Shown here: one piece after another, positions 21,790 through 34,460 of the stretch
Layout: each line of letters starts with the position of its first letter
How positions within the stretch are numbered: position 1 is the stretch's first letter
Assembly (NCBI RefSeq): GCF_902713615.1
Contig: NW_024055909.1
Location: 186,001-250,000, forward strand
Length of the DNA stretch: 64,000 nt
Direction of reading: 5' to 3'
DNA from: Scyliorhinus canicula
Lineage: Eukaryota
Made by a program: the position numbers and the translations under genes
Notes under the pieces: model-generated
What the model was told of the DNA's origin: nothing
The model's database searches: none
Seen by the model: the letters and a program-made list of their open reading frames with translations, nothing else

Positions 21790-22030
21790 GTGCCTATTCA
21801 GAGGATGGGGGCTGTTCCTCGGCGTTGTGCTGAGCTACATGGGAACATTGCAGCAGGCCAAGATCGGACATGTGGACATGAGAGCGGGACAGTGAGTTCA
21901 AATAGCAAGCGACAGGAGAGTCTGCCGCCAGCTTGTCGATGGAGCGAAGGTGTTTTGCAAAGCGGTCACCCAGTCGGCATTTAGTCTCTCCAATGCAGAG
22001 TATTGGGATCAGCAAATGCAACATGCCAGA
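21790..22030 (-). mobile_element. Penelope-like GIY-YIG endonuclease remnant
   Basis: LCIGETKCRLGDRFAKHLRS..PVACYLNS..LGLLQC resembles the Penelope EN C-terminus. Confidence 0.75.
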
Positions 22031-22620
22031 TTGAAGGATGTCTTACAGTAATGTGTACTCAAAAGGACAGACACAAACGATACTGTAACTGACTTATAGG
22101 AAATGCCAGAGACGTAACTGAACCAGCTTTGAGAAAGAAAAAACGGTCTTCCTGATTGAGAAACAGGAAAAGCCAGTGTGGGAATCCAGGCTCAAAGTTG
22201 ATTTGCAATTACCCCTCCTTTCCTATACATGAACGGTGTTAAGGCTGCAGCATGTTACACACGAAAACACAAAGAGGTCAAATATTTAAAAAAAACATAA
22301 TAGTCAATTCTTCAACTCAACTCAAGCATTGAACAACGAAACAAATATTGTGTAAAGTCGGTTGCCTTTTTTTGTAGGATTTAAGAAAGCTGCATTAAAA
22401 AGCGAAGAGAGCATTCCGCCGTTTGGGATTTGCTGAACAAATGCTTCAGTTCAATATAGGTTCTTCTTCTGGATTGCAAGTTTAGACGTCTATTTTGAAG
22501 AAATAGACGTGTTCTTGTAAGAAGTGACATGGCCTCTCAGCCGAACCATGCGAAGCCGAACCAAATGAAGGCAGTTGAGTTGAAGGTGACACAGGTCCGT
22601 TGGCGTCTGCATTGCCCGCT

Positions 22621-22660
22621 ATTTCTGTAGTGTAGTGGTTATCACATTCGCTTTGCACGC
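22621..22660 (+). pseudogene. tRNA-Val 5' fragment
   Basis: TTTCTGTAGTGTAGTGGTTATCACATTCGCTTTGCACGC then breaks off. Confidence 0.7.
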
Positions 22661-23648
22661 AAGCACGAGATATGTTTGCACAATTATTGGGCACAAAATA
22701 ATTCTGTTCCCTGAATGTTGCCGGAATCTCGTGTGTTCCAGGACTATGAGATTTAGTCTCACAACCACTAAACTGAGTTGAACATTAAATCCCAAGCAGT
22801 GAATTTTCGGCAGGCAATGAGAGGTGAAGAATTTTCATATCTTGGCACAGCTCGGATATTAGCAGCTAGTTCATCCACAACAGAGTTTCAGCGATTTACA
22901 AATGAACATATTTAATCACCATCTCAAACATGTCTAAATGTATGACAAATGCAACTTACTGCGGATGCTTCAAACGGAAAAAAAAACAGAAAATACTGGA
23001 AAATCTCAGCAGGTCTGACAGCCTCTGGGGAGCGAAATGGCAGCTGTCGTTTCCAGTCAAGTGGACTCTTTGTCAAAGCTGGAGAACTGGAACTGGAGAT
23101 TCAGACGATTGTGGGTGGGGGGTGGGGGTGGTGGAGTGCTGTATTGGGCCTCGATAGAGGGCTAGCAATAGGTGGGACATGACGAAAATATCTCGGGCAG
23201 AAAGCAAAAGGCAATGTAAATGAGGCCAATCAAGGCTATGAAAGGTGCTGGTGGCGCATGAGGCGGTCAGAATGTGTTAATGGCAGACCAAAGGTAAGAG
23301 TGTAAGAGAACAATTACAAACAGGGGTCAGATTGCTGAAGTAGCATGGTATGGGCTGGGGGGAGGGGGGCAGTGCTGAGGGTAAAACATATCGATGGAAG
23401 GAATGATAAGTTGTTCTCAATTTGTTGATCTGATAAAATGAAAAAAACAGAGAGCTGTCTGAGTCCACCAGAATTAGTCAATAGAAATGTGAATGCCCAC
23501 ACATAGACAAACTTCTCGGGAACGTATTGGTTCCATGCAGTTTGAGCTCAGCTTCTCAAAGGAAACCCAATGTGAATGAATCCCGCCGTCAACGCCGGAA
23601 AGAAATGAAGAAAACATGCGGCTTGAACAACGACCAAACCTTATCGAA

Positions 23649-23738
23649 GGGCTCGCCCAGGATTTGAACCCGGGACCTCTCGCAAATTCCGACAGCGACA
23701 CACCCAAAGCGAGAATCATACCCCTAGACCAACGAGCC
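23649..23738 (-). tRNA. tRNA-Pro-TGG: tRNA-Pro(TGG), intron-containing, near intact
   Basis: 90 nt; two substitutions near the 3' end. Confidence 0.85.
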
Positions 23739-24599
23739 CCGCAAGAAAAGTCAAAGCATACTGTCATTGCCATCGAAAATCAATCTAACATCTGCGGAGA
23801 ACGCCAAAAGTACTGCAACATCTCAGGTAGTCAGGCGGCATTTGTCAACAGGACAGCAAAGTTCGTCTTTCACCATCACCTTTCATTAAAACCGGGACAG
23901 GTTAGAAATGTGGTACGTCTTAACCAAGTGAATTACCGGAGGGAGGAAACAGAACAACAGGAAAGGGCTCTAATAGGGGGCAAGTCGGGAGAGATTAAAT
24001 GAGAAGAGGCCTTGGGATTCAGACGATTGTGGGTGGGGGGTGGGGGTGGTGGAGTGCTGTATTGGGCCTCGATAGAGGGCCATCAATAGGTGGAAAATTA
24101 CGGAAATGTCTGGGACAGAAAGAAAAAGGGAATGTAAATGAGGCTAATCAAGGCTAAGAAAGGTGCTGATGGCGCATCGAGAGGTCAGAATGTGTTAATG
24201 GCAGAACAAAGGTAAGCAGTGCGTTAGAGAACAATTACAAACAGGAATCTGATTGATCAAGTAGGATGGTATGGACTGGGGGGAGGGGGGCAATGCTGAG
24301 GGTAAATCATATCAATGGAAGGAATGGAAATAAGTTGTTGGAAATAAAGAGCTTGTGGAGGGCGAAGTGAGAGGTCACAGTCTGAAGTTGTTGACCTGGT
24401 AAAATGAAAGGGACAGAGAGCTGCCTGAGTCCACCAGAATTAGTCAATAGAGATGTGAATGTCCACACATAGAACGTATTGATTCCCTGCAGCTTGAGCA
24501 CAGCGTCTCAAAGCAAACCCAATGTGAATGAATCCCGCCGTCAGCGCCCCAAATAAATGAAGAAAACATGTTGCTTGACCATCGGAAAACTTCATCAAA

Positions 24600-24689
24600 G
24601 GGCTCATACGTGATTTGAACCCGGGACCTCTCACAAATTGCGACAGCGAGACACCCAAAGCAAGAATCATACTCCGAGACCAAGGAGCC
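24600..24689 (-). pseudogene. Degenerate intron-containing tRNA-Pro(TGG)
   Basis: Many substitutions; intron retained. Confidence 0.7.
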
Positions 24690-24841
24690 CAATGAAAAAA
24701 AACAGAAGCATACTGTCATTGCCATCAAAAGTCGATCTAACATCAGCGGAGAACGCCGCAATTAATGCAACAACTCAGTGAATCAGGCGGCAATTGTCGA
24801 CAGGAAAACAAAGTTCGTCTTTCACCATCACCTTTCATTAA

Positions 24842-24963
24842 TGTGGAGATGCCGGCGTTGGACTGGGGTGAGCACAGTAAGAAGTCTTACAACACCAGGT
24901 TAAAGTCCAACAGGTTTGTTTCAAACACGAGCTTTCGGAGCGCGGCTCCTTCCTCAGGTGAAT
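24842..24963 (-). mobile_element. ~120-bp Penelope pseudo-LTR/retrozyme-like insertion with hammerhead motif (24926-24960)
   Basis: Flanked by TSD CCTTTCATTAA (24831-24841 / 24964-24974); absent from the paralogous tRNA units. Confidence 0.8.
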
Positions 24964-26180
24964 CCTTTCATTAAAACCGGGACCGGTTAGAAATGTCGGA
25001 CGTCTTAACCAGGTGAAATCCCGGAGGACGCAAACAGAACAACAGGAAAGGGCTCTGATAGGGGGCAAGTCAGGAGAGATTCCTTGGGTCCCTGGCCACA
25101 GGGTGACGTTCGCATCGAATCAGAGAATAATTACACCACACTATGAGGCCATTCCGGCCGCCGTGTCTGGAGGAGCTATCGATGGCAGATTGATCAGCAA
25201 CTGCCGCCCGGACACAAAGAAGAAGTGGGAACAAAATTCAAACCCAAATCTGCGATGTAAGGGCACACAGAATGGGTGCATCATTTACAGTGTGAAACTG
25301 CTGAACACACACTGAGTGTGAAAGCTGTATTGAGCCCAGTGGAAAGATGCGCTGCTGTTCCTCGAGTGTCTGTTGAGCTTCTTTGGAACATTTCACGACG
25401 CCGAGGTCCGGGAGGTCAGCGTTAAGATCCAGCTCTCCAGTCAGTTCAATTCTCCACTTTGGCTCTGTGGATTAGATGATTCACGTCCCTGTGGTTAACG
25501 AAGATCTGGAGCATTAATTCTTTCCAAACGTGCTCCAGCTCAGACACTGTCTTGCTCGAGCATCATCTGTGGGGAGAGAAACGACGTAAACATCCCGAGC
25601 GTTAGAAACATAGAACAGTACAGCACAGAACAGGCCCTTCGGCCCTCGATGTTGTGCCGAGCAATGATCACCCTACTCAAATCCACCCTATACCCGCAGG
25701 GACCCTGGAGCTGTGAAGTATTTATGCTAACCACCATGGTTAGCATAACCATAGCGTGCCGTCCCTTTTTGTTTTCTTTTTTTTGTGCGAAGATTTGAGA
25801 AATCTTTTACAGAGTGGGCCAATATAAATCATCCCCGCCGTCAGCATCGCAAACAATTCATAATCTCTGACCTGGAGTAAAGGGCTTGTACTGGATTTAA
25901 ACCCAGGACCGCTCCCATGGGCATTGATTGAAAATCCCTAAACGAGAACCAGACCTCGAGACCAAAGAGCACAAATTTAAGACTGAGCTTAAGCAAAATA
26001 TAACTTATGTTAAGTTCGATATGATTTCAACATCTCATGGTTTTATATGTTGTAACGTCTATTTAGTTTAAAGAAACAGCTGTCATCTTGTAATAAGTGA
26101 TGTGGCCTCTCAGCCTCACCATTCAAATCTGCAGCAACACAGTGACGTTGTACATTGTGCAGGTTCGTTGCTTGCTAGCG

Positions 26181-26252
26181 GTTTCTGTAGTGTAGTGGTT
26201 ATCACATTCGCCTAACACGCAAAATGTCTCCGTTTCGAATCTATCAGAAACA
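26181..26252 (+). pseudogene. Degenerate tRNA-Val(AAC)
   Basis: 5' half intact, T-arm decayed. Confidence 0.7.
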
Positions 26253-26315
26253 TCTCGTACTTCTAGTTTCGTCTGTTGCTGACTCTTACCTCAATCGCGT
26301 AACTGGTCTTCATCA

Positions 26316-26363
26316 GCGCGCGGTAGCGCAATGGATAACGCGTGTGACTGCGAATCAGGAGAT
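26316..26363 (+). pseudogene. tRNA-Arg(ACG)-derived 5' fragment
   Basis: GCGCAATGGATAACGCGT..GACTGCGAATCAGGAGAT. Confidence 0.65.
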
Positions 26364-27801
26364 GAAACCCAAATCTGCGATGTAAGGACCCACAGAATGG
26401 GTGCAGCATTTACAGTGTGAAACTACTGAACACACACTGAGTGTGAAAGCTGTATTGAGCCCAGTGGAAAGATGCGCTGCTGTTCCTCAAGTGTCTGTTG
26501 AGCTTCTGTGGAACATTTCAGGAGACCGAGCTGAAGCAAAATATAACTTAAGTAAAGTTCGATATAATTTCTACATCTCATGGTTTTATATGTTGAAAAA
26601 TTTGTTTTTGAAAGAAACAGCTGTCGTCTTGTAATAAGCCTCACCATTCGAATCTGCATCAACACAGTGATGTTGTACATTGTACACGTCTGTGGAGCGA
26701 GATGGCAGCTGATGTTTCCAGTCCAGTGACAAAGTTGACTCTTTGTCAAAGCTGGAGAACGGGAAATAGGGTCAGATTCAGACAATCGTGAATGGGGCGG
26801 GGGTGGCGTGCAGTAATGAACCTCGATCGGGTGGTCAGCAATAGGTGGAAAATGACGAAAATGTCTCGGGCAGAAAGAAAAAGGGAATGTAAATGAGGCT
26901 AATCAAGGCTAAGAAAGGTGCTGATGGCGCATTAAGCGGTCAAAATGTGTTAATGGCAGAACAAAGGTAAGCAGTGTGTCAGAGAACAATTGGCAACAGG
27001 GATCATTTAGCATTTCGTGTGAGAAAAGTTTGCACAATTATTGGGCACAAAATAATTCTCTTCCTGAATGTTGCCGGAATCTCGTGTGTTCCTGGACTAT
27101 GAGATTTAGTCTCACATGAGCCACTAAACTGAATTGAACATTAAGGCCCAAGCACTGAATTTTCGGCAGGCAATGAGAGGTGAAGAATTTTCATATCTTG
27201 GCACAGCGCAGCTAGTTCATCCACAATAGAATTTCAGCGAATTACAAATGAACATATTTAATCACCATCTCAAACATGTCTACATGTATGACAAATGCAA
27301 CTTACTGCGGATGCTTCAAACGGATACAAAAACAGAAAATACTGGACAATCTCAGCAGGTCTGACAGCCTCTGGGGAGCAAAATGGCAGCTGTCGTTTCC
27401 AGTCAAGTGGACTCTTTGTCAAAGCTGGAGAACTGGAACTGGAGATTCAGACGATTGTGGGTGGGAGGTGGGAGGTGGGGGTGGTGGAGTGCTGTATTGG
27501 GCCTCGATAGAGGGCTAGCAATAGGTGGGAAATGACGAAAATGTCTCGGGCAGAAAGAAAAAGGGAATATAAATGAGGCTAATCAACGCTAAGAAAGGTG
27601 CTGATGGCGCATTAAGCGGTCAAAATGTGTTAATGGCAGAACAAGCCTATCGAAAATGTCTTGGTTTTCTTGGGAACGTATTGGATCCATGCAGTGTGAG
27701 CTCAGCTTCTCAAAGCAACCCCAATGTGAATGAATCCCGCCGTCTGCGCTGCAAAGAAATGAAGAAAACATGCTGCTTGACCAATAGAAAACCTCATCAA
27801 A

Positions 27802-27891
27802 GGGCCCATCCGGGATTTGAACCCGGGACCTCTCGCTAATTCCGAGACTCAAAAACCCGAAGCGAGAATCATACCCCTAGACCAACGAGCC
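27802..27891 (-). tRNA. tRNA-Pro-CGG: tRNA-Pro(CGG) with a divergent 18-nt intron (TTTTTGAGTCTCGGAATT)
   Basis: CTCGC-TT-CGG-G [intron] A-GCGAG; exons otherwise near canonical. Confidence 0.75.
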
Positions 27892-28986
27892 ACTTGAAAG
27901 TGACCGCAGCATACTGTCATTGCCATAGAAAGTCGATCTAACCTCTAGATATTAACCTCAGGGAGTCAGGCGGCATTTGTCGACAGGACACCAAACCTCG
28001 TCTTTCACCGTCACCTTTCATTAAAACCGGGACAGGTTAGAAATGTAGGACGTCTTAACCAAATGAAATCCCAGAGGGAGGAAACAGAACAATGGGAGAT
28101 ACCTCTGATAGCGTCCAAGTGAGGAGAGATTAAATGAGAAAAGGCCCTGGGTTCGCTGGCCACAGGGTGAGGATCGCAACGAATCAGAGAATGATTACAC
28201 CACAGAATGAGACCATTCGTGCCGCCGTGTCTGTGCCAGCCTCTCTGTCAGAGAAATGGAAGAAACAAATAAAGAAACGATATGTCTGGAGGAGCAGTCA
28301 ATGGCAGATTAATCAACAACTGCGAGAGTGCAGCATGTGTGAGAATGTGAGGAGCTGTGTGGGCCGCACAAATTCACATCTCCGGTGTTTTCTAACTGCT
28401 GGAGTCTTCGTAGCCCCTGGGACGCACTCAACCTGCTTCTCCATCTCTTAGCTGGTGAATTCTGCCCCTGACCTGGATGGTGCCTTAACTTTGGGCAGAA
28501 ATAGTCGACATCGATCGAAAATGTTATATTTTTGTTGAAGGCTAAACCATACACCAAAACCTCACATGGTCCTGCACGATAATAATAATCGTGTTGCTCG
28601 GTGGCGCTCTGTTGAAATGGTTATTGTGCTTTGCAGACTTTCTCACATTTTCAGGTTCATTACTGGATGGGATGGCGGAGACTCGGCGGCCTTGGGCCCA
28701 CCTGAGTTAAGTTTTGGAAAGAATATCCATAATTTTCGGTATTATTAGCGCCACATCAGATAGTTTTCACTACCTCTGCTCGTACTGGGTATTTCAAGTT
28801 TAAATTTACTGTGGAAATCGCCGCATGGAGATGAGCCTTATGATTTACCAAACTGCCTCTATGTTGACTTGTACAAGAACAGAGACAGCAATATAACGGC
28901 GATAGATAGACCTGACTACTTCGTGAAATTATTCCCGCAAGCAATGACACTGAATAAAACTTGTCTGTCGAGTAAATACGCGCTGA

Positions 28987-29525
28987 GGATTTTCTACGGG
29001 GCGTTATGTTATACCCAACGCTGTGCCTCACTGCACAGTAATGGACCGCTCCGTCCTCCACACTGAGGGCGCTTATATTGAGGTAACCGTTCTGTTCAGG
29101 CTTGTCAGCAGCCGCCAGATATCGTCCTGAAACTGCATCTTTCTTCAGAGTTGATACATTGCTAATTATCCAGACTGGTTGCTGTGCCGCTTTCTTATGA
29201 TATTATTGGCTGTAGCGAGTGTCTGGCTCTGAATATTGACATTGTAATTGCACCAAATCCCCTTCTGACCCGGGTTTTGTCACCGGTGATGAGTTATGGA
29301 TCTAACTATGTCCGCCGGCGATAGTGGAGGAATTAAATATCAAGAGTTTAAAAATAAGTGACCTGAATTTGTTTGTAAATGTATCAGTTTGTGGAACTTC
29401 CACTCTACCCACCAGATTGACATTTCTGATCATTAATTATTACAATCTATTATCAGCTAATCTGGCATGGTGAACATTATCCAGTACTTACCACCCAACA
29501 GCGCCGACAGTATTAGCAGAAACAT
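28987..29525 (-). pseudogene. TCR V pseudogene V3 (leader 29525-29492, V exon ~29312-29026, 23-RSS 29025-28987)
   Basis: Leader MFLLILSALLG|GTAAGT; LVQLQCQY..Q*YHKK..YLNISALSVEDGAVHYCAVR; CACAGCG-23-AGAAAATCC; TAA at the conserved Trp. Confidence 0.9.
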
Positions 29526-29649
29526 GTCTGGCTGAATCTCTGTGAGTGAATGGGAATGGGATGAGTCAGAGATTGAGAGGAGAGCGGGAACCCGGGCTCT
29601 GTTCAGTTGATTGTTCCCACCCACACATTGCAGGGGGCCAGGCCCATTG

Positions 29650-29773
29650 TGACATCACCCAGGCTACCAAACCCATTATGACATCACCTAGTCTCCTAAA
29701 CCTATCGGCTTTGACAGTGCCATCGCATGACGTCATCACGCCCTTGCTTGAACATGGCGCCCTCTGCTGCCGG
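29650..29773 (-). promoter_or_regulatory. V3 promoter: TGACATCA x2 (29650, 29679), TGACGTCA (29728), CTCF-like motif (29755-29773)
   Basis: Motifs read directly; CTCF 19-mer identical to those at 11994 and 54829. Confidence 0.7.
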
Positions 29774-32700
29774 ATTTATCTCATTGCTGTTAGAATGCGG
29801 CCATTGAAAGAATTCCGCGAGCACTAGTACTAGCACTAGCACTAGAAGGTACGAATGTTTACCAGAAACGCAAATTGGAGCTTTTCAGATTCAGATTTTG
29901 GTGCTGTTGATGTTTCTGTGAGATGATACAAAATGTCAAGTGACACTAAATCTGTAGAACTCTTTGTTGGCCGGCTCTGGCCAAATCATGTGCAGGACAA
30001 AGAATGAACATTGTTAAGGAGTCGGAGAAAGTGCGGACGTTATATATCAGAATAGCAGGCATAATGGAAACCTTTGCACAAGGCTAGCGAAGCTTGACTT
30101 CATTTGCTTTTAACAAAGAAAGTAGAAGCGACCTCAATTGATGTGCTAAAATGATGTATTTTTGGTCGTATAGATCACAAGTTATTGTTTCCAAAACCAG
30201 CAGATAAAATCATCCCAATTTCATGGAAAATTGGATCGTGAAAGGTGAATTTTAGCTATTTTGTTGCGTTATGTTAACATCCGTAGTTCGACGCATGAAA
30301 TGACGAAGGAAGAAGATTCAACGGCAACTTTGAAAAGGGAATTGTGAAGGGAATGCAGCATGGGTAATGTAGGGTGTGAAAGGCGATTGGGACAGCGTTT
30401 TCAAATCGGCACAGTTAAACTGGACACTACACTCCGTCCCTAAATCTCTGATTCTGGGCCATTAATGTCACTCCCACACTGTTTGTTCTCAGTCACTTGA
30501 GCAGTGAGCAGGTGCAGGATGGTCTCAGATTCTGCAGGTTCAACAGTCGCTATATCCGCTCCAGCACTTGTGACGGCAGCTGGTAACCGCCGCACAGTTT
30601 GATCAGTTTAGAGTCTGTGGTGTCCCCGGCCACAGCTTCCGTTTGCTGCCCTCGATCTGAACGGATTGTGCTGGTGGAGACATCGCTGCCTCTCGCCGCT
30701 TCCTATCACTGGTTCTATAAACAATGCAGTGGAGCAGGAATCTGTATGTCTGCGTCAGCAGATCGTTTCCTGCATTGAATAACCACGGAGCAAAAACGCT
30801 GCTGATCTAAAGTACAACCAAAAATATTGTGTCTGCTTTTTTAAAATCATATAAACAGATAAAGTAGATGGAATGAGGAAGAAGCTAAATATAATTTGAA
30901 TGATTCAAAGAGAAGAAAGTATTCAGGGTTTAAATGCAGAAATTTGGCAACACGTTGCTGATGACGTTAAAGAGTTAAAGGTTCCGGGTTCTATCAAAAG
31001 CGATGCAGATATTAGAACAGATACAGACACGTATAAATATGTACATATCACTGTTGGGAATGCTGTTCAAACACATGGATCGGTTCCGTGCCTCTTATTT
31101 CATTTGTTGTTAACTTCACAGACAGAGTATGGGAGGGATTGGGAAAGATGAAGCAGGGATGCAAGAAATCCATCAGTCAGCTTAAGGAAGAAGTGGATAA
31201 ACATATGACCAGTAAATAGGAACTTTTAAATAATGAAATGTATGGAAACAAAGAGTGGATATTTTTTTCAGCGCGACAGTACGGAAGTAATGTGCCGAAT
31301 TCCCTCTCTTTGGACTGTGAAGCACTATGATTTTTAGATAATAAATGGTTCTGTTCAGTTGGATACACAACAGAGCACTGACTATATGAATCGTGCCAAC
31401 CTGCTGTTACACACAGGAAGCAGAGAGGTTAGGGATCAGTGACGGTTCACGCACTCTATGAATTGAGAAACAACCAATCGCTCAATGGCACCGTGTGTAA
31501 CGTCAAATAAAGACATCCAATAATAGTCAAATCGGTGAGGATCAGTCTCACATTCAGGGGGAGAATGTAAATCTCTCTCCTCTCCTCACCCGCACAACAT
31601 TGAATCCCGGACTCGGCAGCAAGTCCCAGTCTGGAAATCAGACCCGGATTGATCCGCCTTTTGCCCACTTTCATCATCATGACCAGAAACCCCAGGAAAG
31701 AGCTGTTTCCAGCTGGAGCGCCGATGCGGCTAATATTGGGTGAGCTTATTTTCTTATCTGATGCATTTTTTTAAAACAAACTCATAGTACCGTGTGATAA
31801 CTGGGAGTGAACTCTGTCCATCATTGTAGTCCAAAGTCACTGGGTAGTCTGAGTGGGACGGCACATGTTACTGACCAATATAGATCCTCAATTTATCGTA
31901 AAGAGAGAGATAAAGAGCGAGAAACAGGAAAAGGGCGTCCATCGTTCCATTACAAAATGTTCTGGTTGCTATTTGCCACGAGTTCAAATTATCGGGAAAA
32001 TAAGGGGTTCACTTTGGCAATAAGGAAAGCCCCTTACGCAAGAATCGGAATGACAACTCTTACTGACATAGAATTAAACATTTCCACCGTCCTCTATGTT
32101 AAGCATATTTCGAATCACAGCAGTGAATACACTGAAAATGCGCTTCCTGTGGTTGCAGGGTTTTACAGACATCCGGAGTCTATAAAATTTCCTTTTGTCT
32201 CTTTTCATTTGATATTTGGTTATTGTGGTTAAATTCATTGTCCACCTGTTTCTGCTGAGATCAGTAAAGTGTATTTTATAATTTCCTTTTCTTTAATTGA
32301 ATCTATGTTTCCCGGATTGCTTTGATGGTTTGTGGCCTGCTCCTGCGATTTCCCGAATTCGCACAAACTCTGTTTTAAGATTCAGCCCGCTTAACAGGAA
32401 CCCGGCAGCCTGTCAGCAACAAGAATCCGGGATCTTACTGAGGGGCCCCTGATGGAAACCTGCCTGGTGTTCAGGGAGAGCGAGTGACCGCACGCCCGGT
32501 GGGGTTGCTCACCTACCTGTCAGACATTAGTCGGACTCGATAAAAGCTTGTAATCAGCTCGCTGCACATCTCACGCTTCTCATTATAAAGATAAAGGTAT
32601 CAAAGAATTACCAGCACATGTGCTTAGCTGCAAACTCCATTTGTCAGGCGACGCTCTGTCGTTAGCCCCCTCGTCTCTGAATCAAAAACCGCAGGCCTCT

Positions 32701-32820
32701 GCTCCCTGTACAGAGACGTGAGCCCATGATCTATGCTGGAGCCTTTGCGCAGTTTTCAGGTAGCGGTGCATCGCTCTCGGATTAGATGTTCAATCGAGGG
32801 TGCTGTCTTTCCTCTAAGAT

Positions 32821-33043
32821 ATCTTACAACACCAGGTTAAAGACCAACATGTTTGTTTCAAACACTGCTTTCGGAGCACTGCTCCTTCCTCAGGTGAATG
32901 AAGATGTATCTCTTCATTCACCTGAGGAAGGAGCAGTGCTCCGAACGCTAGTGTTTGAAACAAACCTGTTGGACTTTAACCTGGTGTTGTAAGATTTCTT
33001 CCTGTGCTCACCCCAGTCCAACGCCGGCATCTCCACGTCATGG
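32821..33043. mobile_element. Penelope pseudo-LTR/retrozyme-like insertion as a tail-to-tail inverted pair
   Basis: TSD CTTTCCTCTAAGAT (32807-32820 / 33044-33057); inverted arms form a long hairpin; both hammerhead motifs mutated. Confidence 0.8.
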
Positions 33044-33435
33044 CTTTCCTCTAAGATGAACGTGGTGGATCACAAGGCAATATTTTCCAAGAGCAAGGAC
33101 GTTGTCCAGGTCAATCACGTCCCTGAAACAGGCAGCTCATTAAACCCCACTGTTTGAAATAATCTACTCGGCCATAATCGGCTGATGAGTTTTCTGAATT
33201 TCTTCGTCACAGTGACGGTATCGCATCTTGGGACGTAAAGAAAAGCGCCATCCAAATATTACATTTCCACTCACTAAACTATCTGCATTAAAATGTTTTA
33301 ATACTTTATGTGTTAGGAGCAAAGTTACATGTTCGAATTAGAAGCATGGATATCGCTAAGATTTCAGGAACCAATTCAGACTCACCGCTGATCTCAGTGT
33401 GTGCCTAACGCTGTTATGCGGAGTGACACTTTGTC

Positions 33436-33474
33436 AGCTATTGTACAGGTTCAGCCCAGCTCTGTGTCTCTGTG
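33436..33474 (-). other. 23-bp-spacer recombination signal sequence of the intact V
   Basis: CACAGAG + 23 nt + ACAATAGCT. Confidence 0.85.
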
Positions 33475-34063
33475 GGGCTCAGCGCGCAGAAATACACCGC
33501 GGAGTCTGTCAGCTCTGTTTTAGACACATCCAGCGAGACGGTGTGGATTGATTCATCCAGATTCACTGAAAAACGGTCCCCTGGAAATCTATCTGTCTTA
33601 TCGGTGTATCTGCTTCTCTTCATCAGAAACTCCAGGGATCCGCCGAGATACTGATGATACCAGTGCAGATAAAGAATATTGTTGCTTGTAGTGGTGTAAT
33701 TACAGAACAACTGAACATTCTCTCCATCAATTACTGCTATTGCAGCCGGTGTCTGTGACACAGAATCTCCTCGACAATATCCTGCAAGAACCCAGAGCAA
33801 TATTAAATGGAAGGCTGTCACTTCACTATGTTAATCCCCTAACTCGTAAACATGATTCTGAGAAATATATCGGCCAGTTAAATATGAGTGTTTGGATACG
33901 GTGAATAATGATGACATTTCTAATTGTGAATCCATTTATTCCTTATTTGTGTCGAGTGAACTATTCAATTAACCGTAATGCCCGCAGAAGTTTCGTAATT
34001 TATGAACCTACCTGTTAAAAGAGCCGCAGCTGTGAGGAATAAAAACAAAGTAGCAGATGACAT
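33475..34063 (-). CDS. Apparently functional TCR alpha/delta-type V gene: leader exon 34063-34012, intron 34011-33782, V exon 33781-33475
   Basis: MSSATLFLFLTAAALLTG|YCRGDSVSQTP..LFCNY..LHWYHQ..DSAVYFCALS; GTAGGT donor, TTGCAG acceptor, phase 1, no stops, Cys23/Trp41/Cys104 present. Confidence 0.9.
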
Positions 34064-34297
34064 GTTTGCAGAGAGCTGGCGGTGGATATTAGCAGAGTGG
34101 CTGAAGCTGACATTGTTTTGAAGAGGGGTAAAGTAACATCCGGGTCGCTGCTGATTGAGTCATTGTTGGCAGCATCATCAGATGGAATCCAATCAGCTTA
34201 AACTGTCTTTGTTTTCAATTCAACCAATCAGCTCACAGTTCGCTTTATTTCTAATCAATGCGGATGGGGAGCAGGACAGTGTTCAAACGCAACGTTT

Positions 34298-34460
34298 GGG
34301 CGGCACAGTGACTACTGGTTAGTGCTGCTACCTGACGGCGTTGAGGTCCCAGGTTCGATACCGGCTTTGTGCAGTTTGCACGTTCTCCCCGTGTCTGCCT
34401 GGGTCACGCAAGTCAAAAGATGTGTGAGATCGGCTACACTTAATTGCCCTCTAATTGGAA
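34298..34460 (+). mobile_element. Decayed tRNA-derived SINE
   Basis: GGGCGGCACAGTG..CCAGGTTCGAT..GCACGTTCTCCCCGTGTCTG. Confidence 0.7.

Noticed and set aside
31807-32232. 141-aa ORF in the single-copy core
   Set aside because: GTG start, no recognisable motif, no exon structure.
33782-33821. GTG-initiated 'MTAFHLILLWVLAG' leader from the ORF track
   Set aside because: This is the intron polypyrimidine/acceptor region; a proper ATG leader exon with a GTAGGT donor exists at 34063-34012.
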